Assembly (NCBI RefSeq): GCF_006345805.1
Contig: NW_021835294.1
Coordinates: forward strand, 1-40,595
Reading direction: 5' to 3'
DNA length: 40,595 nucleotides
Origin: Octopus sinensis
Taxonomy: Eukaryota
The notes beneath the pieces are model-generated. The model was given only the letters and a program-made list of their open reading frames with translations, had not been told where the DNA came from and searched no databases. The translations under genes were made by a program, and so were the position numbers. Below are positions 1-10,619 of this stretch, piece after piece (position 1 is the first letter of the stretch; every line of letters starts with the position of its first letter).

Positions 1-47
1 ATATAGATTTTATTTTTCTTTCTCTCTGGCTGTCTCACTCTCTCTCT

Positions 48-90
<43 letters not shown>

Positions 91-1147
91 GTGTCTCCAT
101 CTGTGAGTCGTTCTTGAGTTCAGTCTCCCCATCTTTCTTTACATTTTTGGTTTGTTTTTTGTTTTTTTTGGTTTGTCTGTTTTTATATTTTTCTCTGTTG
201 TCATTAACGTATTGTTTATTATAAAAATATTTAGATATAACTTTCAGCTATAGACTAGATTATAAAAATCGTAATGTATGGATAGATACACGCGGATATT
301 CTCATATATATATATATATATATATAGTATATATATATAATATAACCTTATAATATATATATATATATATAATATGTATGTTATATATATGTATATATAT
401 ATATATATACATATCTATAGCAATATATCCAGATAGTGAGAAATAGACAGAGGTACGATATGTATATCAGTGTATTATGTATGCGCTGATAATGTCTATA
501 TGTATTTATATATAGGTATATGATGTGCTTGTATGTGCGATGTGCGTATTTTCTGCGTAGCAGCATACATAGATATATACATACACACATTTATGTATAA
601 TATATATTATATATATATATATATATGCATACATACATACACAGACACACACATATATATTATTAGATATATATGTATATATTAATATATATGTATATAC
701 ATACATACACGCATACATATATGTGTGGGTGTGTTTTATATGTATTTATGTTCATATCACACATACAGAGAAAAGCTTAATACATCTAAGTTAGCAATGT
801 TTAAGCTCACATATCTATGTTAATTTATGTTAATTTATTGCTGATGCAACAGAAATTATATTGCCATACACTTCTGGCTTATTTTTGCTTCTCTCGCGTA
901 CATCAGGGTATGCACACATGCCGCCGCGCACTCTTTTCTCACTTTCCTCAGACCTTTTACAGGAGATGGTTGGTAGTGACTTCGAAGATTTGTCCTCCTA
1001 GATTTCGTTGGCGTATGATTTCTACTACAAGGCCGAAACTTCACCGTCCCTGTCACTCGTTTTCTTGTTAATGTTTACTAATATATATTGTGTAATTGTT
1101 TAGTGTAATATTATATTATTTTATGTTATATTGTTATCCTGTTTTAA

Positions 1148-1413
1148 TACGTGGTACTCCGTTGGTTACGACGACAGGCGTTCCAGTTGATCCGATCAAC
1201 GGGACAGCCTGTTCGTGAAATTAACGTGCAAGTGGTTGAGCACTCCACATACACATGTGCCCTTAACGTGGTTCTCGGGGAGATCCAGTGTGACACAGAG
1301 TGTGACAGAGTTCGCCCTTTGAAATATAGGTACAACAGAAACAGGAAGAAAGAGTGAGATAAAGTTGTGGTGAAGGAGTACAAGCAGGGTTCGCCACCAA
1401 CCGCTGCCGGTGC
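1148..1413 (-). mobile_element. tRNA-derived SINE family D, 3' portion (5'-truncated)
   Basis: Overlaps the 14533 element in the ...GTACTCYTTCACCAC segment. Shares the GTCGTAACC(G/A)ACGGAGTA tail with 12819-13163. Confidence 0.65.
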
Positions 1414-1675
1414 GTAACTTTTGGCCTATCTGTGTACGTAGATGTGGACGTGGATGTAGACTTTTTTCAAAACACAAAACTAGATCTCGTTCTGTTAAGA
1501 GTTACGGAAGAACCTTACCTCTAGGCAAGAAACAGAGATGAGGGTAGCAACGTCAAACTCCCTCATCAACCACGTGGCGCATATCGGAAAGGTTTGGTGA
1601 AAGAGTAGTGAAGTAAACGGTGGTGCCCCAGCATGGCCACAGTCTTTTGATTGAAACTTAGGGAGAGATACAATA

Positions 1676-1873
1676 GGCTTAGGAGTGGCTGTGTGGTAAG
1701 TAGCTTGCTTACCAGCCACCCGGTTCCGGGTTCAGTCCCACTGCGTGATACCTTGGGCAAGTGTCTTCTACTATAGCCTCGGACCGACCAAAGCCTTGTG
1801 AGTGGATTTGGTAGACGGAAACTGAAAAAGCCCGTCGTATATATATATGTATGTGTGTGTGTATGCGTGTGAG

Positions 1874-1907
<34 letters not shown>

Positions 1908-2108
1908 TCCCCCAACATCGCTTGTCAACCGATGCTGGTGTGTTTACGTCCCCGCCACTTAGCGGTTCGGCACGAGAGACCGATAAAATAAGTACTGGGC
2001 TTAGAAAGAATAAGTCCTGGGGTTGATGTGCTCGACTAAAGGCGGTGCTCCAGGATGGCCGCAGTCAAATGACTAAAACAAGTAAAAGAGTAAAAGAGTA
2101 AAAGAGTA
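1676..2108 (+). mobile_element. tRNA-derived SINE family A, full length, internal (TA)/(TG)n, (GAGTAAAA)n tail
   Basis: A-box-like TGGCTGTGTGGTAAG and B-box-like GGTTCAGTCC. Collinear with 27491-27914 and 37681-38080. Confidence 0.85.
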
Positions 2109-2187
2109 TATAATAAATTTAACAAATAAAACATATGCATACATACATGCATATATGTACATACTTACATCTAGATGTATATATACA

Positions 2188-2244
<57 letters not shown>

Positions 2245-2533
2245 AATAAAATATATGCATATATACATACATATATGTCATACTTACATCTAGATGTATA
2301 TATACATGCATATATGAGTACAGGACACCACAAATAAACGTAGAACACAACGAGAGACGAAAAGGTAAAAACAAACAAGGAAACGGACTTTTTAAAACAA
2401 CGAAAAAACAGAGTACAGGACAAACAATACAAAGAATATTCCCCTTCATCAGCTGCCCCTGGTTCGACTCAATGCGTGTTTCGAAGTAAGTTTTTAGTAA
2501 TATATATATAATATATATATATACACACATACA

Positions 2534-2576
<43 letters not shown>

Positions 2577-2586
2577 CTCTCTCTCC

Positions 2587-2625
<39 letters not shown>

Positions 2626-3034
2626 ATATATATATATATTGTTTCCCAGGAGCATTGTTATTATGCATCAATAATTATCCGGGTATTCTGTCATTGCTTA
2701 TAGACTTCACTAGAAAGCAGAATGACAAATGTGTATTTAACATGAGCCGCTGATTGCGTTGTTTGAATTCCAGATCAAGAGCTCGGATCAAATAACTGGA
2801 CGAACAAGGACAAAACATGAGACGCACTTGTGTGCGTGTTTGTGTCTGTAAATGAATGAGAGTGCGTGTGTGTGTGTGTGTGTATGTAATCTATTACGGT
2901 TCTTTATCAAGTTACAAAGACATGTGTAAATGCGTGCATGTGTGCATATGCGTGCATATGCATATACATACATACATATATATATACAGATACACATAGA
3001 TACAAAAATACATGTCATAAATACATATATGTTG

Positions 3035-3052
3035 TAATTATTATTATTTTTA

Positions 3053-3092
<40 letters not shown>

Positions 3093-3152
3093 CATTGTTA
3101 TTCTTATTATTATTATCATTATTATTATTATTATTATCATTCTTGTTATTAC

Positions 3153-3185
<33 letters not shown>

Positions 3186-3260
3186 CGTTATCATTATCAT
3201 TATTCCTATTGTTGTTGTTATTGTTATTATTATTATTATTACTATTATTATTATTATCAT
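3035..3260. repeat. (ATT)n microsatellite
   Basis: Direct reading. Confidence 0.95.
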
Positions 3261-3726
3261 TCAAAGAACAATGCTCACGTACAAGCACACATATACACAC
3301 ATATACACAGATATATATACACACAGATATCTTGATGTGTAATTCAAAACAGTCATGTAATATTCGTTTCCTAATAATATACGCGTGCGTGAACACCTGT
3401 ACTTACGTCCCACTACATCTCGGCATGTACAATCTACCCTGTTTATACCTGCATGACTAACGTCTAGTTTAGTCATACTTTACATCTATAGGCAGTCTAT
3501 GAAATGTAATATGGAAGCATTGATGAGTTTTGTATGTCTAATTATTACATGGTTAACGAAATAACTGAAAACTATTCCATTGTTGTCTGTGAATCACGGA
3601 AGCAACTGTCTGATAGAGCGCAAGTCTTTTCAATGACATTATGAGGGCTTCGTGTCAACAATCGTGCACTGTAGACATTACAGATATACATGCATACACA
3701 CACCTATATACATTTGTATGTATGTG

Positions 3727-3788
<62 letters not shown>

Positions 3789-3819
3789 TGTATGTATGTA
3801 TGTATGTATATATATATAT

Positions 3820-4025
3820 AGTCAATCCAAACATGAAAACACAAAGAGAAAACACAACAACGCGAGGACGTGGAGCAAATATAGTATTAATGGATGCTCA
3901 GGAAAGAAGGAAAGAAATAGGGTTTAACGTTTCGAGCGGAGCTCTTCGTCAGAAACATAGGAAAATTAAAGATCCAAAGAAGGAAGACGGAGGAAAAAAA
4001 TCGACAACGGTACACACGCGGTCAC
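3820..4025 (-). mobile_element. Non-coding Penelope-like/retrozyme-type element carrying a hammerhead motif
   Basis: About 200 bp, pyrimidine-rich, between TA microsatellites. Shares the hammerhead and downstream TTCCTGAGC...AATAC with 28520-28730. Family assignment is inferred from the ribozyme type. Confidence 0.45.
3922..3956 (-). ncRNA. Minimal type I hammerhead ribozyme motif
   Basis: Minus strand reads GTTT-CTGACGA-A-GAGC-TCC-GCTC-GAAAC-GTT-AAAC. Intact CUGANGA and GAAAC cores, 4-bp stem I, 4-bp stem II and palindromic ACGU in place of stem III. This is the minimal form known from Penelope-like elements. Confidence 0.7.
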
Positions 4026-4058
4026 ATATATATATATATATTATATATATATATATTA

Positions 4059-4116
<58 letters not shown>

Positions 4117-4360
4117 GGGTGTATAATTCCAGACTTACAGGAAAAATTCAATTTAGTATTAAATCAAATTTCACAATTTGTTTTATAATATATTTTATAT
4201 ATAAATTAGAGAAAAAACAGTATATTTTTTTACTTTTTATATGTTTATTCATTTTTTTTGTACTTTTTGTGATCTAGATATGTTTTATAATATATTTTAT
4301 TTTTTCTATATGATATGGTTTATGTTTATCATTGTTTGAATTACATAATAGCAGTTTTTC

Positions 4361-4396
<36 letters not shown>

Positions 4397-4402
4397 AAAT
4401 AG

Positions 4403-4438
<36 letters not shown>

Positions 4439-4754
4439 AGTCAACTGATGAGATCCAGAGACTCTCAGCGGAGAAGTCATTCGGATGAGAAAACGTGTTT
4501 CAAACTTAGACTCCGATGTCTTCACATGGGATCAATTCCACGGAGTAAAGAATAGCTATGAGAGTGGTCATGTTGAGCAGATATGCAGGTAATTATGCGG
4601 ATAAACAAATTGGACATATTAAATATAAGAGTCTGAGTATGAAATACAAAATTTCTAAACGTGGAAAAGGAGAGAAAGCAAACGTGGAAACAGGCAAAGG
4701 ATAAATATTTAAGTATAAATAAGGAGATATTTATATAAAAGGATCTAATTTATG

Positions 4755-4955
4755 ATGGCTGTCCACTCGTGAACGAGGCAGAATATGGATCGCCATTGAC
4801 CATGTTTGATATCAGCAACGCCCGTCCATGAGGTGTTTGCACAAGCGATCGGTTCCACCCAAGGTCGCGTACATGGCTCTTCTGCTTGCCCTAGCGCCCT
4901 CCTACTCGACCAGACATCAGATATTACCTCGTCCTGTGCAATCTAAACCATTAGG
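4755..4955 (-). mobile_element. Possible decayed RTE-like LINE 3' coding end
   Basis: WSSRRALGQAEEPCTRPWVEPI...GQWRSI loosely resembles the RTE C-terminal RRPRGRP..RW.D.I...R..WR motif. Weak. Confidence 0.3.
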
Positions 4956-5285
4956 TTCCACTAACGCTTGCACAGCACCTCACAATCCTTCTTCACACTA
5001 CTAACTAATCTAAGAACCTCAATACAGTTTCGAAAGTAGTAACGTTATTGTTCTTTAACATCCACATATATTCAGAGAAAGCTGTGCCATAGTGATCTTT
5101 AAAAATTAGCAAAACTTACGAATGAACTGAAAATATATAATTTAGAAATCGATTTTCGGGCAACATATATGTGGGTGTGGGTGAGTGTGTGTGTGTGTGT
5201 GTGTGGTGTGTATGTAATGTATGAGTATATATATAGCGGTGCCCCAGCATGGCCACAGCTAATGAGCTGAAACTAGATAAAAAAA

Positions 5286-5330
<45 letters not shown>

Positions 5331-5527
5331 GTATATGTATATGTATGTGTGTGTGTGTGTGTGTGTATTTTTGCTTGTGTTTTCAATTTATACTTTCAAA
5401 ACATCTGGTTAAGATACTTGAACCAATACCCAATGATACATTTAAAGAAATCTATTTTGCAGGACTCGCAAACATCATGACCTATAACATTACTAACTTT
5501 TCTTGTTGCAGTATTAGTTATTATTAA

Positions 5528-5740
5528 TGTGACGAGTTGGCAGAAACGTTAGCACGGCGAGCAAAATGCTTAGCGGTATTTCAACCGTCGCTACGTTCTG
5601 AGTTCAAATTCTGCCGAGGCCGACTTTCCCTTTCATGCATTCGGTGGTCAATAAATTAAGTACCATTCGCTTAGTGTGGTAGATCTAATCGACTAGGCCC
5701 TTTATTATAACTTCAAACCTCGTGCCTAGAATAAAAAATA
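5528..5740 (+). mobile_element. SINE family C with (ATT)n tail
   Basis: GAGTTGGCAGAAACGTTAGCAC...GAGTTCAAATTC. Collinear with 36417-36640. Confidence 0.75.
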
Positions 5741-5843
5741 TTATCATTATTATTATTATTATCATCATCATCATTATTATTATTGTTATTATTATTATTA
5801 TATTATTATTATTATTATCATTATTGTTATTATTATTATTATT

Positions 5844-6392
5844 GAGTGAGAGAGCAGTGCATGCCATCAAAGTGACACTGGGGTAAAATATACGAAGCCC
5901 AATATACCCATCATGACTACCCGTCTGATAAGGGTACACCAGGCACATGCATCACAACCATGTGTGCGCGACATGGTGATCTCATAACAAGATAAACAGC
6001 GCATGACCTTGCAGGTGGGGCCCAGTTAGAATTATCTTCTGGTCGAGTAACCCATCCCGCTCAAAAGGTCCCTGAATAAAGGTTGTTTAAGGATGTTGAA
6101 TTAGACACCCATGTTTCCAGAGGTGAATTATTCAAACCCCAAAGAATCCCTCTCAACACATGGCTATGATGCTCCCCCACTACTTCTGCTCGTGATCAAA
6201 GATGCACATATCGTCAGCCACTAAGGGACATGCTCAAATGGCTAAGGTCAAATAACTGACAAGCAAATCTGTGGTACTGAGCAGAATATTTGCTGTAGCC
6301 CATCTTTTATACCAAGACTAAACAATGTACATGATAACACTTCCAATCAGTTAAGATCAGAAGCCATGAGAGCCACTGCCTGGTACTGCATC
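5844..6392 (-). mobile_element. 549-bp non-coding retroposon in (TAA)n, copy 1
   Basis: Highly similar to 19040-19460 and 8415-8440. All three share the same minus-strand 3' end (...CTCTCACTC) followed by (AAT)n. No ORF and no tRNA head. Confidence 0.8.
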
Positions 6393-6412
6393 TATTATTA
6401 TTATTATTATTA

Positions 6413-6589
6413 CTTTTTTTTCTTCTTCTTTCAAATTTGCTTCCATTTCTTGCCGAGTGTCTTCCCGACTCCTAGGGCAAAGAAACTCATAGTATACATT
6501 GGGTGAAACTCATAGTATACATTGGTTAAACTCATAGTATACATTGGAGAAACTCATAGTATACATTGGAGAAACTCAGTATACATTAT
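6413..6589 (-). mobile_element. Second short R4/Dong-type 3' UTR terminus with a 22-23 bp tandem repeat
   Basis: Repeats the TTGCCCTAGG...CGGCAAG terminal motif of the adjacent element. Five copies of GAAACTCATAGTATACATTGG at 6482-6587. Ends in (GAA)n/A-rich then (TAA)n. Confidence 0.55.
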
Positions 6590-7069
6590 TATGATTATTG
6601 TCATTTACTTTTAATCTGCATGTTTGATGCAATCACTTGCCGGGGCACACCCAGCGCCCTAGGGCAAGTGAAGGTTAAGAGTTGTTGAAATATAGCTGAA
6701 AGCTTGGGGAGGGGAATAGAGATATATCTCCATGTAATGCAAACACAAACATTTACATTGATAGGGTTTTTCTAAGGATGTGGGCAGTACTTGTTAGCAC
6801 AATCTTTTGGATTTCCTTGAGACATGGTTTTCCAGGATATTGTCTAGGTGTTTCTGACATCCCTTTTTTATCATACCTAGGGCACCTACAATAACAGGAA
6901 CAGTTTTTGTTTTAAGATTCCACATCCTCTGTATTTCGATTTCCAGGTCCTTATATTTACTAAGTTTATCAAATTCCTTGACAGATACATTTTTATCAGT
7001 GGGGACGCTTACTTCTATTAGTCTGCAGGTATTTTCTTCCCTGTCTTTAACATCTTTCTTTATCTGTCT
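6590..7069 (-). mobile_element. R4/Dong-type non-LTR retrotransposon 3' fragment (RLE domain C-terminus and 3' UTR)
   Basis: Minus strand translates to TCRLIEVSVPTDKNVSVKEFDKLSKYKDLEIEIQRMWNLKTKTVPVIVGALGMIKKG...CLKEIQKIVLTSTAHILRKTLSM*. Begins directly after (TAA)n. Confidence 0.85.
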
Positions 7070-7167
7070 TATTATTATTATTATATTATTATTATTATTA
7101 TCATCATCATCATTATTATTACTAGTATTATTATTATTAGTAGTAGTAGTAGTAGTAGTAATAGTAA

Positions 7168-7201
<34 letters not shown>

Positions 7202-7625
7202 TTTTTAATGTTCGCAGCGTTTCTTTTACTTTTATTATTATTGTTGTAGTCGTTGCCATTTTCAATGTCGTCGTCGTCGTCAACATCATCATCATCACCT
7301 TCATCACATCCTCATCATCATTATCATCATCACCAACCCCACCCCCATCACCAGCACCACCACCACCAACATCACCATCATCATCATCGTCATAACCGTC
7401 ATCACCGTCACCACCACCACCACTACCACCACCACCGCTACTACTATCATCATCATCATATCATCATCATCATCATCATCGTCATCATCATCATCATCAT
7501 CTTCATCTTCATCCTCATCATCATAATCATCACCATCTTCATCATCATCATCTTCATCATCATCATCAAAATCATTATCATCGTCATCATCATCACCACC
7601 AACATCATCATCATCATCATCATCG

Positions 7626-7660
<35 letters not shown>

Positions 7661-7967
7661 TTCGTCATCATCATCATCATCATCTTCATAATCATCACCA
7701 TCTTCATCATCATCATCTTCATCATCATCATCAAAATCATTATCATCGTCATCATCATCACCACCAACATCATCATCATCATCATCATCATCGTCATCAT
7801 CATCATCACCATAATCATCATCGTCATCGTCATCATCTTCATCATCATCATCATCCCATCATCATCATCCTCATCATCATCATCATAATCATCGTCTATC
7901 ATCATCACCATAATCATCATCATCATCATCATCATCATCGTCATCGTCATCATCATCATCATCATCT
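7070..7967. repeat. Compound (ATT)/(AGT)/(CAT)n array with a ~165-bp higher-order duplication
   Basis: The variant block CATAATCATCACCATCTTC...AAAATCATTATCATCGTC...CACCACCAAC recurs at 7522 and 7687. Confidence 0.9.
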
Positions 7968-8039
7968 GGTTTTTCTGTGCTGTTATTTCACTCCATTGTT
8001 ATTGGTTTATCTTCACCTCATTCATATTTTTTGCCGGTC

Positions 8040-8352
8040 AGTTTGTTTCGGATGTGTGTGTTTGTGCTTTTTTCTTGTTTATTTTTCTTTTATTTAACAT
8101 AATATTATCTCGTAACCAATAACCTTTGGTCTCGAGGTTAAGAGTCCAGTATTTTTGCGGAATAATCTTGCTTTTCGGACACCCAACATTTCTTAAAGTC
8201 GTTTGGAAATGTTCCAGACTCCTATTCTATTGTATTTTTTCTTCAAATAATCCTTATATGTCTTGTTAATTCTTGATGTTCAAAAATATCCTTGTAGTTC
8301 TTGATTCTCCTGTAATTCTATCTTTAGAGAACAACACATTTTTCAATTTCTT
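8040..8352 (-). mobile_element. Decayed R4/Dong-type 3' fragment
   Basis: Frameshifted LEHFQTT...LG...ARLFRKILDS*, resembling the RLE C-terminal motif LQKxxLLGTARILRKVL. Preceded by (TAA)n(GAA)n on the minus strand. Confidence 0.55.
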
Positions 8353-8414
8353 TCTTTCTTCTTCTCTTTCTTCTTCTTCTTCTTCTTCTTATTATTATTA
8401 TTATTATTATTATT

Positions 8415-8440
8415 GAGTGAGAGAGCAGTTCATGCCATCA
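8415..8440 (-). mobile_element. Same non-coding retroposon, 3'-terminal remnant (copy 3)
   Basis: GAGTGAGAGAGCAGTTCATGCCATCA directly after (ATT)n, matching the terminus of the other two copies. Confidence 0.7.
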
Positions 8441-8445
8441 GTTCA

Positions 8446-8740
8446 TGGCAGTGTTTCCGTGCGGCGTTACCTGTTCGCGACAAGCTGTCAAGGCACGGAA
8501 GTGCCGTCTCGCCGACATGTCCGCGATGTGAGCAGGATAGAAGAAGAAGATAGCTGTACTCTTCCATTCACTGACAACAGTTGTTCGGCGAAAGCAATCA
8601 GTCCCGATAACTCGGACACTCCACGAATGCGTGCAAGACGGTTCCCTATCCTGCTCACATCGCGGACATGTCGGCGAGACGGCACTTCCGTGCCTTGACA
8701 GCTTGTCGCGAACAGGTAACGCCGCACGGAAACACTGCCA
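8446..8740. repeat. Perfect 95-bp inverted repeat (fold-back of the Tx1 zinc-finger segment)
   Basis: 8446-8540 is the exact reverse complement of 8646-8740. Confidence 0.95.
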
Positions 8741-10610
8741 GGCCAGGGATTTCTGGTAATGGTAATTATCAGGACCCCGGCCCGAACGTTCTCCGGAACA
8801 GGTTGGTCAACTGATTTTCATCGTAGCCCAGGGTCTCCCCCAAGGCGTCTTCGGACTTAAACTCCACTAACCCGCTATAGAAATCCGCGGTGGAACTCTG
8901 TTGCCGGCATTGCCCGCCCGAGAGAGTAGTTGAAGTGCCTGACGGCACTCCAATGCCAGTCCCCCAGCCTAGGTCTCTGCTTGATCCAGTTACCAATGTC
9001 CGTTAAGGACGTTAATCGCGGAAAGTAGAACCGAACGTGCGGTGACCACACCTGTTCTCCATCCAAGTAAAGCCAGAGGTGCCTCAACCTTAACGCGACC
9101 TTTCGCATCTTCAGCCAAGGCATCCCTAGCCCACCCTTTAGCGGTTTCTGGCAGCAGACAGAGCGCTTTACAAGTGGCTTCCCTCCTTTCCACAAAAAGT
9201 GGAAAAGGATTCTCTCCAACTTGTTCAGCCACAAATCGGGGCAAGGCACCACGGTCAGGCGGTAGGTGACTACTGATGCTATGAACATCTGCACCACCTC
9301 CGCCCTCCCTAGCAAGGATAACGCCCGTCCAGACCAGGTCTGGGTTAGAGCGGTCACCTTGCCGGCTACCTCACTCCAATTTTTCTCTATCTGGAGGTCT
9401 GGCCCGAACCAGACTCCGAGCAGCTTAACAGGACCTTCCGTCCAACGCCCCACTACGTTATTGGACGGCATCAGCTTGCCCCTCCAGGTGCCGAGTTGCA
9501 AACCGACCGACTTGTCCTTGTTCACCTTTGCTCCTGCCACCGCCTCGTAGCTTTTGATGGCCTCTTCCACCACTGGAAGCTGGTCCTCATCTGCCACGAT
9601 GATGGAGATGTCATCCGCGTACGCCGTAGCTCCTCTTCCACACCATAGATCATGCGGTGCGCCCCCTATTGCCTCCAACTTCCGTAGCAAAGGCTCAAGA
9701 GCCAACACATATAGAAGCGGGGACAGGGGACACCCCTGACGGACTGAACGCTCGATCCTGAACGGCTTCGAAAGAGAGCCGTTCACCTTGACCACAGACT
9801 CGATGTCGCTATACAAAGCAGCGATCCAACCTCGAAAGATCGGGCCCAGGCCAGCCTCCCCGAGGACCGTCGACCCTATCAAATGCCTTAGACTGGTCTA
9901 AATGTACCAGTGCCCCTCCTGCGCCAGAAAGCTTCCCGACCCGCTCTAAGGAATAGCGTATAAGGTGGAGATTGTCGTGTATCGTCCTGCCCGGGATAGC
10001 GCACGTTTGCGCTTCTCCGACAAGTTTATCCACGACCCGCGCCAACCTTTTCGCCAGCACCTTTGCCAAAATCTTTAACTCTGTGTTCAGCAGAGTTATG
10101 GGCCTGAAGTTGCCTATCTCGTCCCCCTTGCTCGGGTCCTTCCTGATTAACGTCACCACACCCCGGCTCGCAGACTTGGGAATTTTCCCATTCTGCTGCC
10201 AGTTGGTGAAGACGCCAGCCAGCAGGTGTCCGAACAAGTCTGGCATACTTTTAAAAAACTCATAGGGCAGACCATCGAGACCCGATCAACCTGAAGGCCT
10301 TACTGCTGTGTGTCACATCAAGGACGACCAGTCCACCTTCAGGGTCCACATAGACTGTACTTGTCTGCAGAGCCAAGCTTTTACGGATCAGTACCACTAC
10401 GCCCCCTCGTCCTCCGGTCTGACCGGGAGACATGATTTTCTCGTAGTCATTCAGGAGAGGCGAGAAGGCTTGTAGACCGTCCAGCTTGGTCTCTGTAGCA
10501 ACCATCACATGCATATCATGTGATCTGAGATCGTCAGGAGAGGAAACACGCTGCTTCCACTTCGAACTCAAACCACGCACATTCAAACAACCAAGGTTAA
10601 GAGATGCCAT
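8541..10610 (-). pseudogene. Tx1 ORF2 (AP endonuclease fragment, reverse transcriptase, C-terminal zinc finger), disrupted
   Basis: ORF-track pieces 10260-10610, 9809-10246 and 8875-9882 carry the EN and RT motifs. 8740-8620 reads WQCFRAALPVRDKLSRHGSAVSPTCPRCEQDR(E/T)VLHAFVEC across a frameshift. The EN domain joins directly to GLDGLPYEF, so it is internally deleted. Confidence 0.9.
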
Positions 10611-10619
10611 TACAAAAAG

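Noticed and set aside
817-1071. Short non-repetitive ORFs on both strands
   Set aside because: No recognisable motif and no consistent splice boundaries.
2439-2485. Permuted (type II) hammerhead on the minus strand (GAAAC...CTGATGA)
   Set aside because: Both cores are present, but stem I cannot form and stems II and III are weak. At most a decayed or rearranged remnant in a repeat.
4445-4500. Hammerhead with a long stem II on the + strand
   Set aside because: CTGATGA and a foldable stem exist, but GAAA is out of register and stem I does not pair.
6000-6070. HDV-like ribozyme in the 549-bp element
   Set aside because: P1- and P2-like pairings can be drawn on the + strand, but P3/L3/P1.1 geometry does not fit and the polarity is opposite to the inferred sense strand.
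6482-6587. CRISPR-like array
   Set aside because: 22-23 bp units are contiguous with no unique spacers, there are no cas genes, and the context is eukaryotic.
7201-7217. TTTTTTAATGTTCGCAG also found in the Tx1 5' UTR (~12117-12133)
   Set aside because: Short, partly homopolymer, and the flanks do not align.
10606-10615. TAATG stop-start coupling between Tx1 ORF1 and ORF2
   Set aside because: The TAA is not in the frame of the ORF1 remnant as it now reads, and the true ORF1 stop cannot be fixed because of frameshifts.
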